A stretch of DNA of 64,000 nucleotides from the NCBI GenBank assembly GCA_029855935.1, contig JAGSHN010000012.1, positions 272,869-336,868 on the forward strand, in the 5' to 3' direction. Positions 27,758-36,571 of this stretch are shown piece after piece. The number at the start of each line of letters is the position of its first letter. Within the stretch, counting starts at the first letter, position 1. The position numbers were made by a program, and so were the translations under genes. The notes beneath the pieces were generated by a model. That model was not told where the DNA came from. It saw nothing but the letters and a program-made list of their open reading frames with translations, and did no database searches. The DNA is from Candidatus Thorarchaeota archaeon (GTDB lineage Archaea > Asgardarchaeota > Thorarchaeia > Thorarchaeales > Thorarchaeaceae).

Positions 27758-28435
27758 CTAGAAACTCCTGCCGGAACGCTTCTTGGTCGCGTTGTCTATC
27801 ATGACCTCACACAGCTCAAGGAAGGCCCGTTCGACGTTCTCGCCTGTTAGCGCACTGGACTCGACGTAGAGTGACCCAATCTTGTCAGCGTAGGCCTTGC
27901 CCTCCTCCGTAGAGACCACTCGAATGTCCTCAAGGTCTATCTTGTTGGCAACGACGATCATTGGAATCACTCGGCCTGTGCTGTTGAATGCCTCCTCTCT
28001 CCAGCGGTCAAGATTGAGAAACGTGCGCCTTCTTGTGACATCATAGACCAGGAGGCCTCCCCGTGCGCCCCTATAGAATGACTGCCTGACGACCTCAAAC
28101 CTCTGCTGGCCTGCGAGATCCCATACCTGCAGTGTGACCTTTGCATCTCGACTGGGCACCTGAACTCTTTTGATTGCAAAGTCACTTCCGATGGTCCGCT
28201 TGTAGTCAGACTCGAAATGGTCTTGGGTGAACCTGACCGTCAGCGCAGTCTTTCCCACGGCGCCATCACCGAGCATGACCACTTTGAACCTGTACTCTGC
28301 AGGCACAGGGCTCACATCCTCGTATCGCCATTGTGCTGGCGCCTTAAAACACTTGCCGACTCGTATACCCTCCAATCCGCCTCTGACGGACGGATTTCGG
28401 CGGTTGTGACGTAAGTGTAGGATCGTCTTCCTCAT
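27758..28435 (-). CDS. Ras-superfamily small GTPase (Rab/Ras-like), second copy
   Basis: G1 GDGAVGKTA, TIGSDF, switch II WDLAGQQ, G4 ANKIDL, G5 ESSAL. The ORF's ATG gives a 55-aa N-terminal extension. An in-frame GTG at about 28315 (VSPVPAEYRFKVVMLGDG) would give a canonical-length GTPase. Confidence 0.75.
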   Translation of the reverse strand: MRKTILHLRHNRRNPSVRGGLEGIRVGKCFKAPAQWRYEDVSPVPAEYRFKVVMLGDGAVGKTALTVRFTQDHFESDYKRTIGSDFAIKRVQVPSRDAKVTLQVWDLAGQQRFEVVRQSFYRGARGGLLVYDVTRRRTFLNLDRWREEAFNSTGRVIPMIVVANKIDLEDIRVVSTEEGKAYADKIGSLYVESSALTGENVERAFLELCEVMIDNATKKRSGRSF

Positions 28436-28522
28436 TATGATTTAGTGATCAGGTCCCCAAAATGCACACATCATTTAATAAGAGAATGCGCAATTCGAGC
28501 TTGATTTCCGCCGAGATGATTC

Positions 28523-28903
28523 GTGATGAAGCGCCCTGACTACGCGGAGCTTGCAAGGATACTTGAAGAGATGAACGAGGAGGGTGGGTACTATGCATCC
28601 ATCCTTGCACGCGACGACGGGCTACTGATAGCCTCTGCTGCTAACGCATCGACAAACCGCGAGATAGTCGCCGCGATGGCAGGCTATGTTGCATCGACTG
28701 TCGAGAGGATGCGCAATGAGCTCCATCTCGGAGAGCTGACCGAGATATCGGTCCGGTGCACCGAGGGAAAGGCTGTATTCCGTAAGATTCTGCGTGGGAA
28801 GGATCAGGCGCTGATACTTGCAGCAGTGATGCCGCGTCACATCCGGTATCACTCCCGTGCTCTCGGAAAGGGAGCAACACGGATACGAAAACTGCTTAAG
28901 TGA
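28523..28903 (+). CDS. Roadblock/LC7 (MglB-like) domain protein
   Basis: 126 aa; size and alternating hydrophobic pattern (GGYYASILARDDGLLIAS...ILAAVM) fit the Roadblock/LC7 alpha-beta fold. Immediately downstream of the small GTPase. Confidence 0.55.
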   Translation: MMKRPDYAELARILEEMNEEGGYYASILARDDGLLIASAANASTNREIVAAMAGYVASTVERMRNELHLGELTEISVRCTEGKAVFRKILRGKDQALILAAVMPRHIRYHSRALGKGATRIRKLLK

Positions 28904-28968
28904 GCCGCACGAATTCACAGGTGTACATCTTCACCGTTCGGCAACTCCAACGCTTGAGGAGACGGAAC

Positions 28969-29294
28969 ACTTGACAGACACGGATGCCGACTCGAACAGT
29001 GATGACGTCGGGGAGGACACCTCGGACAAGATCGAGGTCCTCTTCTTCAAGTCGGACACGTGTGCATTCTGTCCCAGGGCGGAGGAGGTGCTTCGCGAAA
29101 CCCTTGAAGAGTTCGGAGCAGACATGTTCAAAGTGATTGTCTATAACGTATCAGAAGACCCCGAGAAGGCAGAGGAATACGGGATATTCGCCCTGCCTGC
29201 GATAATCATCGGCGGGATGTCGGTAACAGGCATACCTGAGCCGGAGATAATAATGAAGATGATACTAGGGTCCAAACTCGGTACGAGGAGTTGA
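28969..29294 (+). CDS. Thioredoxin/glutaredoxin-like small redox protein (CxxC)
   Basis: ORF 28857..29294 overlaps Roadblock; a TTG at about 28969 is the likely start. Acidic N-terminal tail, then the thioredoxin-fold pattern VLFFKSDTCAFCPRAEEVL...FALPAIIIGG. Confidence 0.55.
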
Positions 29295-29301
29295 GTCGAC
29301 A

Positions 29302-30045
29302 ATGAGTCAGTATCAGATTGATAGGGTCAAGACCGGGATACCCGGCCTCGACGAGCTAATAGAGGGTGGATTTCCCCGAGGGGACACCATTCTGATTGCC
29401 GGAAAGGCGGGCACCGGGAAGAGCATTCTCGCCACCCAGTTTCTCTACAGAGGCGCTGTGGACTACAATGAGCCGGGTGTGCTGGTCACCCTGGAGGAGC
29501 CGCCTCGTCTCATCAAGCGGAACATGATGCGGTTCGGAATGGACCTTGACAAGCTCGAGCGCGAGGGGATGCTCTCAATAGTTGATCTCTCGCCCGCACG
29601 GGACACTCCACTGAACATAAGCGAGTATCCGTCATTCGACCTCTCGGGCCTCGAGGCCATCATAATGCATCACATCAAGAAGGTAAATGCCCAGCGTGTT
29701 GTCATCGACACAATCTCCATCCTCGCGTACAAATTCAAGGCGCGGGACATTCTTCGTGAGGAACTGTTCAAACTGTGTGCCCACATCACCAGCACTGGTT
29801 GTACGCTGTTGCTCACAAGCGAGATTCCGGCTCAGGACACTGGCCTTGGCGTCTTTGACATTGAGGCGTTCCTCGCATCGGGCGTCATAGTGCTCTACAA
29901 CGAGAAGATCAGTGACACCTCCCGCTCAAGGTCCATAGAGGTTCTGAAACTGAGGGGCTCGAAACACAGCTCTCGCATTCACTCGATGCGTATTACTGAC
30001 GAGGGGATACGCGTCTGGCCTGGTGAGATTAGTCCCGGAACGTGA
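29302..30045 (+). CDS. KaiC-like / RecA-superfamily ATPase (single domain)
   Basis: 247 aa; TGIPGLDELIEGGFPRGDTILIAGKAGTGKS (Walker A) and VVIDTIS (Walker B), typical of archaeal KaiC/RadA-like signalling ATPases. Confidence 0.7.
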   Translation: MSQYQIDRVKTGIPGLDELIEGGFPRGDTILIAGKAGTGKSILATQFLYRGAVDYNEPGVLVTLEEPPRLIKRNMMRFGMDLDKLEREGMLSIVDLSPARDTPLNISEYPSFDLSGLEAIIMHHIKKVNAQRVVIDTISILAYKFKARDILREELFKLCAHITSTGCTLLLTSEIPAQDTGLGVFDIEAFLASGVIVLYNEKISDTSRSRSIEVLKLRGSKHSSRIHSMRITDEGIRVWPGEISPGT

Positions 30046-30060
30046 TAGGAGGCGAGAGAC

Positions 30061-30780
30061 GTGAGTAGTAGCGACGATCCCGCCGAGGTACCACCGCCGA
30101 CTCTTGCGCGACCGATGCTGGGCGATCTCGTTCAGTTCGGTCAGCTGACACAGGTCTCAATCATGCTTGTCGGCCCTCTGGGGTCAGGCAAGACGACCTA
30201 TGCTGAAGCATTCCTTGCAGAGGGACTGCGTCTGGGCTTTCCGGCGGTCTTCGTCACGACCGATGTGTCACCTCGCGTCATACGCAACGACATGGCCCGT
30301 CACGGATGGCCAGTGGACGAATACGAGAAGGCAGGGCAGTTCGTCTTCATTGACGGCTATTCGGAGAGAATGGGCGCGCCGAGGAGCAGCACTGCTTACT
30401 CACTCTCGAAGGTGGACGACATAACGGAGCTTGGCATAGTCCTGTCGGAGGTGCTCGACGACCTTGTAGTGGCACGGATAGTTGTGGACAGTCTCTCAAC
30501 ACTCATTCTCCACTCCAATCCGGCGACGATGCCGCGGGCCGTGCAGCGTCTGAGTGGACGACTCACTCAGAGCTCCCACAGCATTATGTACATACTTGAA
30601 GAAGGGGTCCACGATGAGAAGACCTACGCCACCTTCTCCTACTTGGCTGACGCTGTCCTGCGCTTCAAGGTGGACGAGTCTGGGCCCGAGCCGAGGCACT
30701 ACGTCCGGATGGAACGGATGCGTGGCACAGAGACCACCCGGGCGTGGATGGAGTTCGTCCTCGAGCGACCAGAAACCTAA
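30061..30780 (+). CDS. KaiC-like / RecA-superfamily ATPase, second paralog
   Basis: 239 aa; Walker A GPLGSGKTT, Walker B IVVDSLS, same fold pattern as the preceding gene. Confidence 0.6.
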   Translation: MSSSDDPAEVPPPTLARPMLGDLVQFGQLTQVSIMLVGPLGSGKTTYAEAFLAEGLRLGFPAVFVTTDVSPRVIRNDMARHGWPVDEYEKAGQFVFIDGYSERMGAPRSSTAYSLSKVDDITELGIVLSEVLDDLVVARIVVDSLSTLILHSNPATMPRAVQRLSGRLTQSSHSIMYILEEGVHDEKTYATFSYLADAVLRFKVDESGPEPRHYVRMERMRGTETTRAWMEFVLERPET

Positions 30781-30809
30781 TAGAGCCAGTCTCCAGTTCC
30801 GGAGTCGAG

Positions 30810-33131
30810 ATGCCCCTCCTGGAATCACCAATCCTCTCCGTCATGCGGGATGTGCTCTGTGGTTCTATGTCCCTTGAGGACGGTCTGTCCGCTCTTCAGA
30901 CTCTTGGCAGGACCCATCCCAGTGAGGTCGATCTGGCCTTTGAGATCGCAAGGGCCATTGAGGAGGTGATTCTGAGGAGGCCGGTCCTTGCGAGCGCGAA
31001 GCTCACGGAGCTGATGGTCCGTCACTCCTTCTCGGAGAACAGGTCACTACCTCTGCTACTCATGCTGATGGAGACACGGTATACGAACTCTTTCAGGAGA
31101 AACGAGGCAGAGCTGCTTCCTGACAAGGAGGCACTCCCTCGTCTGCTGGACATCCTTGGTGAACTTGCACAGTCGGTTGGCGTTGCACTGGAGCTCAATC
31201 TACGACCTCTTCTGCCATTTCTCGCCGATGAGACACTGCTCACCCTTGACGCGATCTATGCACGAGGTCATAGGCCCTCGATTCGTCTGTCCCTCCGCGA
31301 GGCGCACTACCTCGCAAGTCTTCTCATCGATCAGGGGCTGTCTGAGTGCGCAGAGGCCCTTCTCCACCGCGTGCTGCATCTCTCTCGTGATGTGGAGATG
31401 TACGACCTTGCCTACGAGGTCTTGCTTGATGAGGCCTATGTCCTCACTGAACTGGGTCTCTATGACGATTGCCGTGCACTCCTTGCCCCAGCAATCGAGG
31501 AGGCGGAGAGGACAAAAAATCTTGAACGACTGGCCTCGCTGACACTCTGTCTCGTCGTCAATGAGACACGTGACGACGCTGTCGACCATGTCAGAGCAAG
31601 GACGATGGGTGATCGTGCTGTGTCCCTGTTTGCAGAGGCGGTATCTCAGTCGCTACTCCCGCGGACAGAGCTTGCCATGGCCTACCTCGTGATTGGGTCG
31701 AGCATTCTCGGCACGGGCTGGCGAGAGGGCGTCCGAGAGGCCATCGAGAGGTTTGAGTCGGCTCTGCATGTTCTTGACGACATTCAGGATGGAGAAATCA
31801 CGGTCTCTATGATGCTGTTCAAATGTTTCGCCGGGCTGGGCTTTGCACACGCTCTGAGCGGAGGTTATGAGAATACAGAACTGGCGATTGACCATCTGAA
31901 TCGGGCCCTGGCAATCCTCCGCCAGCTGGAACGCAACGGCGAGGACTTGCGTGCTGAGCGTGCCCGTTGCCATCACGCAATCGGGTGGGCGGCACTGCTC
32001 TCCGAGTCCGACGAGTTCTGGGAGAGGGGTATCAGTGCATTCAGAGAGGCCACCAGACTCAGGAAGGTGCTACAGGAGGAGAGGCGCATTCCTCCAATTG
32101 AGACTCTTGGTAGCCAACTTGGTCTGACTCTGTCGGAGCTGAGGACTGTCGAGTCTATTGACGACTCGATGTACACGTCACTTCGCGATGTCCTACTGCA
32201 GTACGTCCCCCTCTTTCCAACGGACTCGAGGTCATATGTAGAGGTTGCCATTGCAGTGTATGATGTGGCGTGGACAATCCATCGTCACGGCCTTGAGATA
32301 TCGCCACGCATACTTCGACTCTTCGACGACATTGTCAGAATGCTCGACGAGAGCAAGGTTGTTGAGGGACGGTCCTTCGTGGCCGGGGCCCAGCTCGTTG
32401 TACCCTGCCTCGCCCGGGAGTGGAACCAGCTGGAGCGCTTGGCGTCTGTTGTGGCCGCCGAGGAAGAGTCCCTCGACGTCGGGCTCCGAAGTGTCGCTCG
32501 TCTAATGGGAGCCCTGGCTGTGGCAAAGATGAATATTGAGGGACTCGACTCGCTTGGCCCTGAGGAGGTGCGTGATCCGGTCTCTCCTGAGGTGCAGGAG
32601 GCAGACCCGCTCCTGGCTGGCTATTGGGCGGCCCAAGCGGCAATCATCCGCTGTGTATCCACATTTCGAGCGGACGGAAGCCTTGAGAACTTCGCCTCTG
32701 GACTTGAGCAGGCCGCACAGCTCTGCGATAGGATTCCCTCTGACCCAGCTGGCTATGAGCTCTCGGAATTTGTCCGGGCGACATCCGCTTCACTTGGCTC
32801 GGTTCTGTATCAGTTTGCCAGCGTACTGAAGTCCAGGCTGTCCGATCAGGACGTGAGGATCACAGACCACACTCGGACGGAGTCGCTCGGGACGAGCGAG
32901 CCCGTCTCTATGATTCTCTCGGAGGACTGGCTTGGGCTCATAAAGATCACAAGTGCCTACCTACAGATGATTGAGCGGGATCCTGACCTAGATCTTGAGC
33001 CGTATCTGCGTGCAATCCAGTCTAACCTCTTGCGGGCTGTGAGGGTGATGGACCGTACGGCCATGATTGAGAGACGCCTTCTCTCCAGACTCGGTCTTGA
33101 GATGAATCGCCGTTACTATATGCGGCGCTGA
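30810..33131 (+). CDS. Large all-alpha (TPR/helical-repeat-like) hypothetical protein
   Basis: ORF 30744..33131; likely start MPLLESPIL at about 30810, right after the KaiC-2 stop. About 770 aa, Leu/Ala/Glu/Arg-rich with helical periodicity and no catalytic motifs. Confidence 0.45.
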   Translation: MPLLESPILSVMRDVLCGSMSLEDGLSALQTLGRTHPSEVDLAFEIARAIEEVILRRPVLASAKLTELMVRHSFSENRSLPLLLMLMETRYTNSFRRNEAELLPDKEALPRLLDILGELAQSVGVALELNLRPLLPFLADETLLTLDAIYARGHRPSIRLSLREAHYLASLLIDQGLSECAEALLHRVLHLSRDVEMYDLAYEVLLDEAYVLTELGLYDDCRALLAPAIEEAERTKNLERLASLTLCLVVNETRDDAVDHVRARTMGDRAVSLFAEAVSQSLLPRTELAMAYLVIGSSILGTGWREGVREAIERFESALHVLDDIQDGEITVSMMLFKCFAGLGFAHALSGGYENTELAIDHLNRALAILRQLERNGEDLRAERARCHHAIGWAALLSESDEFWERGISAFREATRLRKVLQEERRIPPIETLGSQLGLTLSELRTVESIDDSMYTSLRDVLLQYVPLFPTDSRSYVEVAIAVYDVAWTIHRHGLEISPRILRLFDDIVRMLDESKVVEGRSFVAGAQLVVPCLAREWNQLERLASVVAAEEESLDVGLRSVARLMGALAVAKMNIEGLDSLGPEEVRDPVSPEVQEADPLLAGYWAAQAAIIRCVSTFRADGSLENFASGLEQAAQLCDRIPSDPAGYELSEFVRATSASLGSVLYQFASVLKSRLSDQDVRITDHTRTESLGTSEPVSMILSEDWLGLIKITSAYLQMIERDPDLDLEPYLRAIQSNLLRAVRVMDRTAMIERRLLSRLGLEMNRRYYMRR

Positions 33132-35215
33132 CTCTCCGAGTGTGTCACTGGTCTGTACTCACCGGGCCGCGCACCCCACGTTGCCCATCCTGACGTGGCT
33201 GTTCTGAGCTCATTTGCAAGGCCGAACGACTCTCTGACAGGAATCTCTGCCTCGACCTTGTACAATCCGCGCTCCGTCTCAATGCTCAGGACACGCCCCT
33301 TTCTGCGGGCGAGGACGGAGGTGACCTCTCCGACATACTCCTCTGGCATGGTTATCTCCAGATGCATCCACGGCTCCAACAGGACGGGCTCGCCGGTGAT
33401 CACACTCTCACGGGCTGCGTCCAGCAGCGGCTGTGTGACATCTCTCCAAGACGTCTCGGGGCCGGCGGCCCTGATGTCTGCCCTCAGTATCTCAATGGTG
33501 ACCCTTCGCATGCGTTCTCCAGCTACCGGACCATTCCGGATGAGCGCAGAGAAAGCCTCTCTGATCCATTGTGCCTCCTCGGAGTGAGGATTGACTGTTC
33601 TAGTCCTATCAATCAGGTAGTTGAGAGAGTGTCTCTGTGCTGCAAGCACGACATCCTCAGCATCTGGGAGGTAGTCCTCAGGTGTTAGTATGGCACGAGC
33701 AGTAAACTCGCTGGCTGGCGGCCCACCACGTGTGACCGCCTCCCCGTCGTGTGTCATCTGTTCCTTCAACAACACCATAGGCCTTCCCAGAACGACGTCG
33801 ACCCCCTGATGGGAGAGCTTCTCCACTGCTATCTCGACATGCAACTCGCCAGCACCAGAGAGGAGCATCTCTCCAGTCTCGGGGTTGACGCTGAACTCAA
33901 GAGCAGGGTCACAGGCCGCAAACTCTGCAATTGGCTGCTGAATCTTGCTGAGGTCCTTGAGCACCCTCGGCTCGACGGTATACGTCACAACAGGTTCGGT
34001 GGGATACTGCAGCCCCATCATCGGAGCCGCTCTCTCGACCGACGCATCCACGAGTGTGTCCCCGATGGCGATGTCTTTGAGGCCGGTGAGGAATGCAAGA
34101 CTACCGCAGGGGACTGTGTCGAGGGCGACACGAATCTTCGACATCGTGATGCCCACCTGCAGTGTCTTCGACACTCGTCCTGTGCGCAGGTTTCTCAATG
34201 GCGCTGCTCTGTTCAACGTTCCACTGAACACCCGGCCAGTGCTGACGGTACCAGCGTGACGGTCAGGTCGGACATCCGCCACAACAACGACGCATGGTCC
34301 TGCGGGATTGCAAGTCCTGAGCGCTGCATACACACTCTCGTCACACTCGGGGCTCCAGAACCGAGGAACTCTATAGGACTGTGCCTCTACTGGGCTTGGC
34401 GTTGTCCTGACAAGAGAGTTGAGCACAACGGGCGCGATAGGAAACCTGTCCTGCAGTCGCCGCTCGTCCCCAGCATAGTATGCGGAGAGGATATCGTCTA
34501 GAACTGAGAGGAACGCCTCCGCGAGATCTCTCGGACTGTCTCTGCCATCAGTCCTCTGGAGGAGAGTCTCGATGCCTATCCCCCACTTATCGAGAGCGGA
34601 ACCAATGGTCAGCGACCCCCTCCTGAAGGAGATCTCCCATCTGTCAAGGAGGTCGGCCTCAAGGTACTTTCCGAGCATTGCGTTGAACTCGCGCACGACT
34701 CTCTGCACCTCTGAGGCCACCTTGTCCCGACGCAGACGCCTCTCTGTGATCAGCCGGTCTACCTTGTTGACGAACAGACATGGTCGGACGAGTTCGTAAG
34801 CTGCCTGCCTCGTCACCGTTTCGGTCTGGACCATTATGCCCTCTATTGCATCCACCACGACCAGTGCGCCATCGGTGAGTCTCAGCCCTCTCGTCACATG
34901 GCTTGAGAAGTCGATATGTCCTGGAGTATCGATGAGGTGCACAAGATATTCCTCTTCATTCATCGAGTGGATGAGGGATATGCTCGACGCCTTGATGGTG
35001 ATGCCTCTCTCCTGCTCTATGAGGTCATAGTCCATTAGACGCGCTCTTGCTGCGACGTCTTTGGACAGCAGGCCGGATGCAGCTATCAGCGAGTCTGTGA
35101 GTGTGGTCTTCCCGTGGTCTATGTGGGCAATCACGGTGCAGAGCCTGATTCGCTCTGGCGAGTCGACTAGTTTGCTCACCCGTTCGGTGACGAACTTCTT
35201 GTAGAGCCTCGACAC
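33116..35215 (-). CDS. Elongation factor 2-like GTPase paralog lacking the diphthamide His motif
   Basis: 699 aa; G domain AHIDHGKTTL, DTPGHIDF, NKVDR and collinear EF-2 domains II-V. The domain IV loop reads ILRADIRAAGPETSW where aEF-2 has LHEDAIHRGPAQV, so the modified His and flanking residues are substituted. Confidence 0.8.
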   Translation of the reverse strand: MSRLYKKFVTERVSKLVDSPERIRLCTVIAHIDHGKTTLTDSLIAASGLLSKDVAARARLMDYDLIEQERGITIKASSISLIHSMNEEEYLVHLIDTPGHIDFSSHVTRGLRLTDGALVVVDAIEGIMVQTETVTRQAAYELVRPCLFVNKVDRLITERRLRRDKVASEVQRVVREFNAMLGKYLEADLLDRWEISFRRGSLTIGSALDKWGIGIETLLQRTDGRDSPRDLAEAFLSVLDDILSAYYAGDERRLQDRFPIAPVVLNSLVRTTPSPVEAQSYRVPRFWSPECDESVYAALRTCNPAGPCVVVVADVRPDRHAGTVSTGRVFSGTLNRAAPLRNLRTGRVSKTLQVGITMSKIRVALDTVPCGSLAFLTGLKDIAIGDTLVDASVERAAPMMGLQYPTEPVVTYTVEPRVLKDLSKIQQPIAEFAACDPALEFSVNPETGEMLLSGAGELHVEIAVEKLSHQGVDVVLGRPMVLLKEQMTHDGEAVTRGGPPASEFTARAILTPEDYLPDAEDVVLAAQRHSLNYLIDRTRTVNPHSEEAQWIREAFSALIRNGPVAGERMRRVTIEILRADIRAAGPETSWRDVTQPLLDAARESVITGEPVLLEPWMHLEITMPEEYVGEVTSVLARRKGRVLSIETERGLYKVEAEIPVRESFGLANELRTATSGWATWGARPGEYRPVTHSESQRRI

Positions 35216-35225
35216 TCGCCCTACC

Positions 35226-35816
35226 CTACCCTATCATCTCGTAGTCCGACTTGGGGATGACGACTGCTGCTCCACAACTGGAGCATCTGAAGTGGACGTT
35301 CTGGCCACTCGCCTCAGGAGTTCCGCGTAGGGGTCTGCCACACTTACAGACGAACCCTATGAGCCGCGCGGGATTGCCAACGACAAGGCCGTGAGCGGGA
35401 ACGTCTCTCGTGACCACTGCACCACTGCCCACCATACAGTACTCGCCCAAGACGGTGTCGCACACTATCGTGGCGTGTGCGCCTATAGAGGCCCCCCTCT
35501 TCACAAGAGTCTTTGATACCTTCCAGTCCTGCGAGAATGCCCTGGGATACAGATCATTGGTGAACGTCATATGGGGCCCGCAGAACACGTCATCCTCGAT
35601 TGTCACACCGTGGTAGACGGAGACACCATTCTGAATCTTGACCCTGTTGCCAATCACGACATCGGCGTCGATATACACATCCTTACCTATGATGCAGTCC
35701 TCGCCAATCGTCGCTGTTCCTCTGACGTGCGCAAAGTGCCAGATCTTTGTTCCACGGCCAATCTTTGCGCCCTCGTCGACAACGGCCAGTGGGTGAATGA
35801 ACACATCATTGTTCAT
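35226..35816 (-). CDS. Left-handed beta-helix (hexapeptide-repeat) acyl/acetyltransferase with C-terminal zinc ribbon
   Basis: 196 aa; repeated [LIV]G-x-x-x-x-I hexapeptides (IGRGTKI, IGEDCIIG, IGNRVKI) and C-terminal CKCG...CSSCG. Confidence 0.75.
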   Translation of the reverse strand: MNNDVFIHPLAVVDEGAKIGRGTKIWHFAHVRGTATIGEDCIIGKDVYIDADVVIGNRVKIQNGVSVYHGVTIEDDVFCGPHMTFTNDLYPRAFSQDWKVSKTLVKRGASIGAHATIVCDTVLGEYCMVGSGAVVTRDVPAHGLVVGNPARLIGFVCKCGRPLRGTPEASGQNVHFRCSSCGAAVVIPKSDYEMIG

Positions 35817-35850
35817 CTTACATCACGGACAGCTGCACATACCGTGTCTG

Positions 35851-36486
35851 TTAACTCTTTTTCCCGACTCTCCTTCTCGGTCGGGTCTTGGGCGATGCCC
35901 ACAGCGTGCCCTTGTAGAATGACGTGGGAGGACAGCCAACACACTTCTCCGCGACATAGCGTTTGCACTCCCCGCAGTTTCTTCCACAAGGTGCCGTGGT
36001 CTTGTCCTCGCAGGTCGGCGATAGATCCAGTGGGAGGTGTGTCGGCACCAGTGGGGCATTTCCAAACCAGGTCTCCGATCTGCGGACTCCCGGTTCCGTG
36101 CGAAGACTGCATGTCCCCATAGTTGACTCAAGGCTCCACGTGTCCTCGGCGACCATCACTGCAAAGAGATTGTATCTGCCCGTCACGGGTGCTAGCATGA
36201 TGAGGCGGGGGCAATCATGATACTTCTCAAGAATCTGTTCTGCGACCTCCGTGTTCTCGGTCTCGATGGCCATAAACAGCATCTTGATGTCCAGTTTCTC
36301 AGCATTGACCGCTGCTGTCACGCGCAGTATCCCGTCCCTGACCATCTTGTCCATTCTCTTTCCCACTGCAACGTGTGACATCCCAAGCTCTCGACCAATC
36401 TCTGACAGGCTCTTTCTTCCGTCCCGCAACAAAGTTGAGATGAGCTTCTTGTCAATATTGTCGAGTCCCATCGTCAGACCCACCAC
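35851..36486 (-). CDS. Lrp/AsnC-family transcriptional regulator with C-terminal cysteine-rich extension
   Basis: N-terminal HTH LDNIDKKLISTLLRDGRKSLSEIGRELGMSHVAVGKRMDKM then a RAM-like domain. Then a 60-aa tail with C-x7-C-x3-C-x2-C-x7-C-x2-C (CEDKTTAPCGRNCGECKRYVAEKCVGCP). Confidence 0.7.
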   Translation of the reverse strand: MVGLTMGLDNIDKKLISTLLRDGRKSLSEIGRELGMSHVAVGKRMDKMVRDGILRVTAAVNAEKLDIKMLFMAIETENTEVAEQILEKYHDCPRLIMLAPVTGRYNLFAVMVAEDTWSLESTMGTCSLRTEPGVRRSETWFGNAPLVPTHLPLDLSPTCEDKTTAPCGRNCGECKRYVAEKCVGCPPTSFYKGTLWASPKTRPRRRVGKKS

Positions 36487-36571
36487 GGTGTGACCCTCAC
36501 TCCTTCTAAAGTTTCCTCCTGAAACCCCTCGGGTCGAAGATCACGGATCGCGCAGGTGCCAGCGACCTGTT

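Noticed and set aside
28857-28968. Upstream extension of the thioredoxin-like ORF (start at 28857)
   Set aside because: Would overlap the 3' end of the Roadblock gene by about 45 nt and adds a non-conserved N-terminal segment. An internal TTG at about 28969 gives a normal-length thioredoxin-fold protein.
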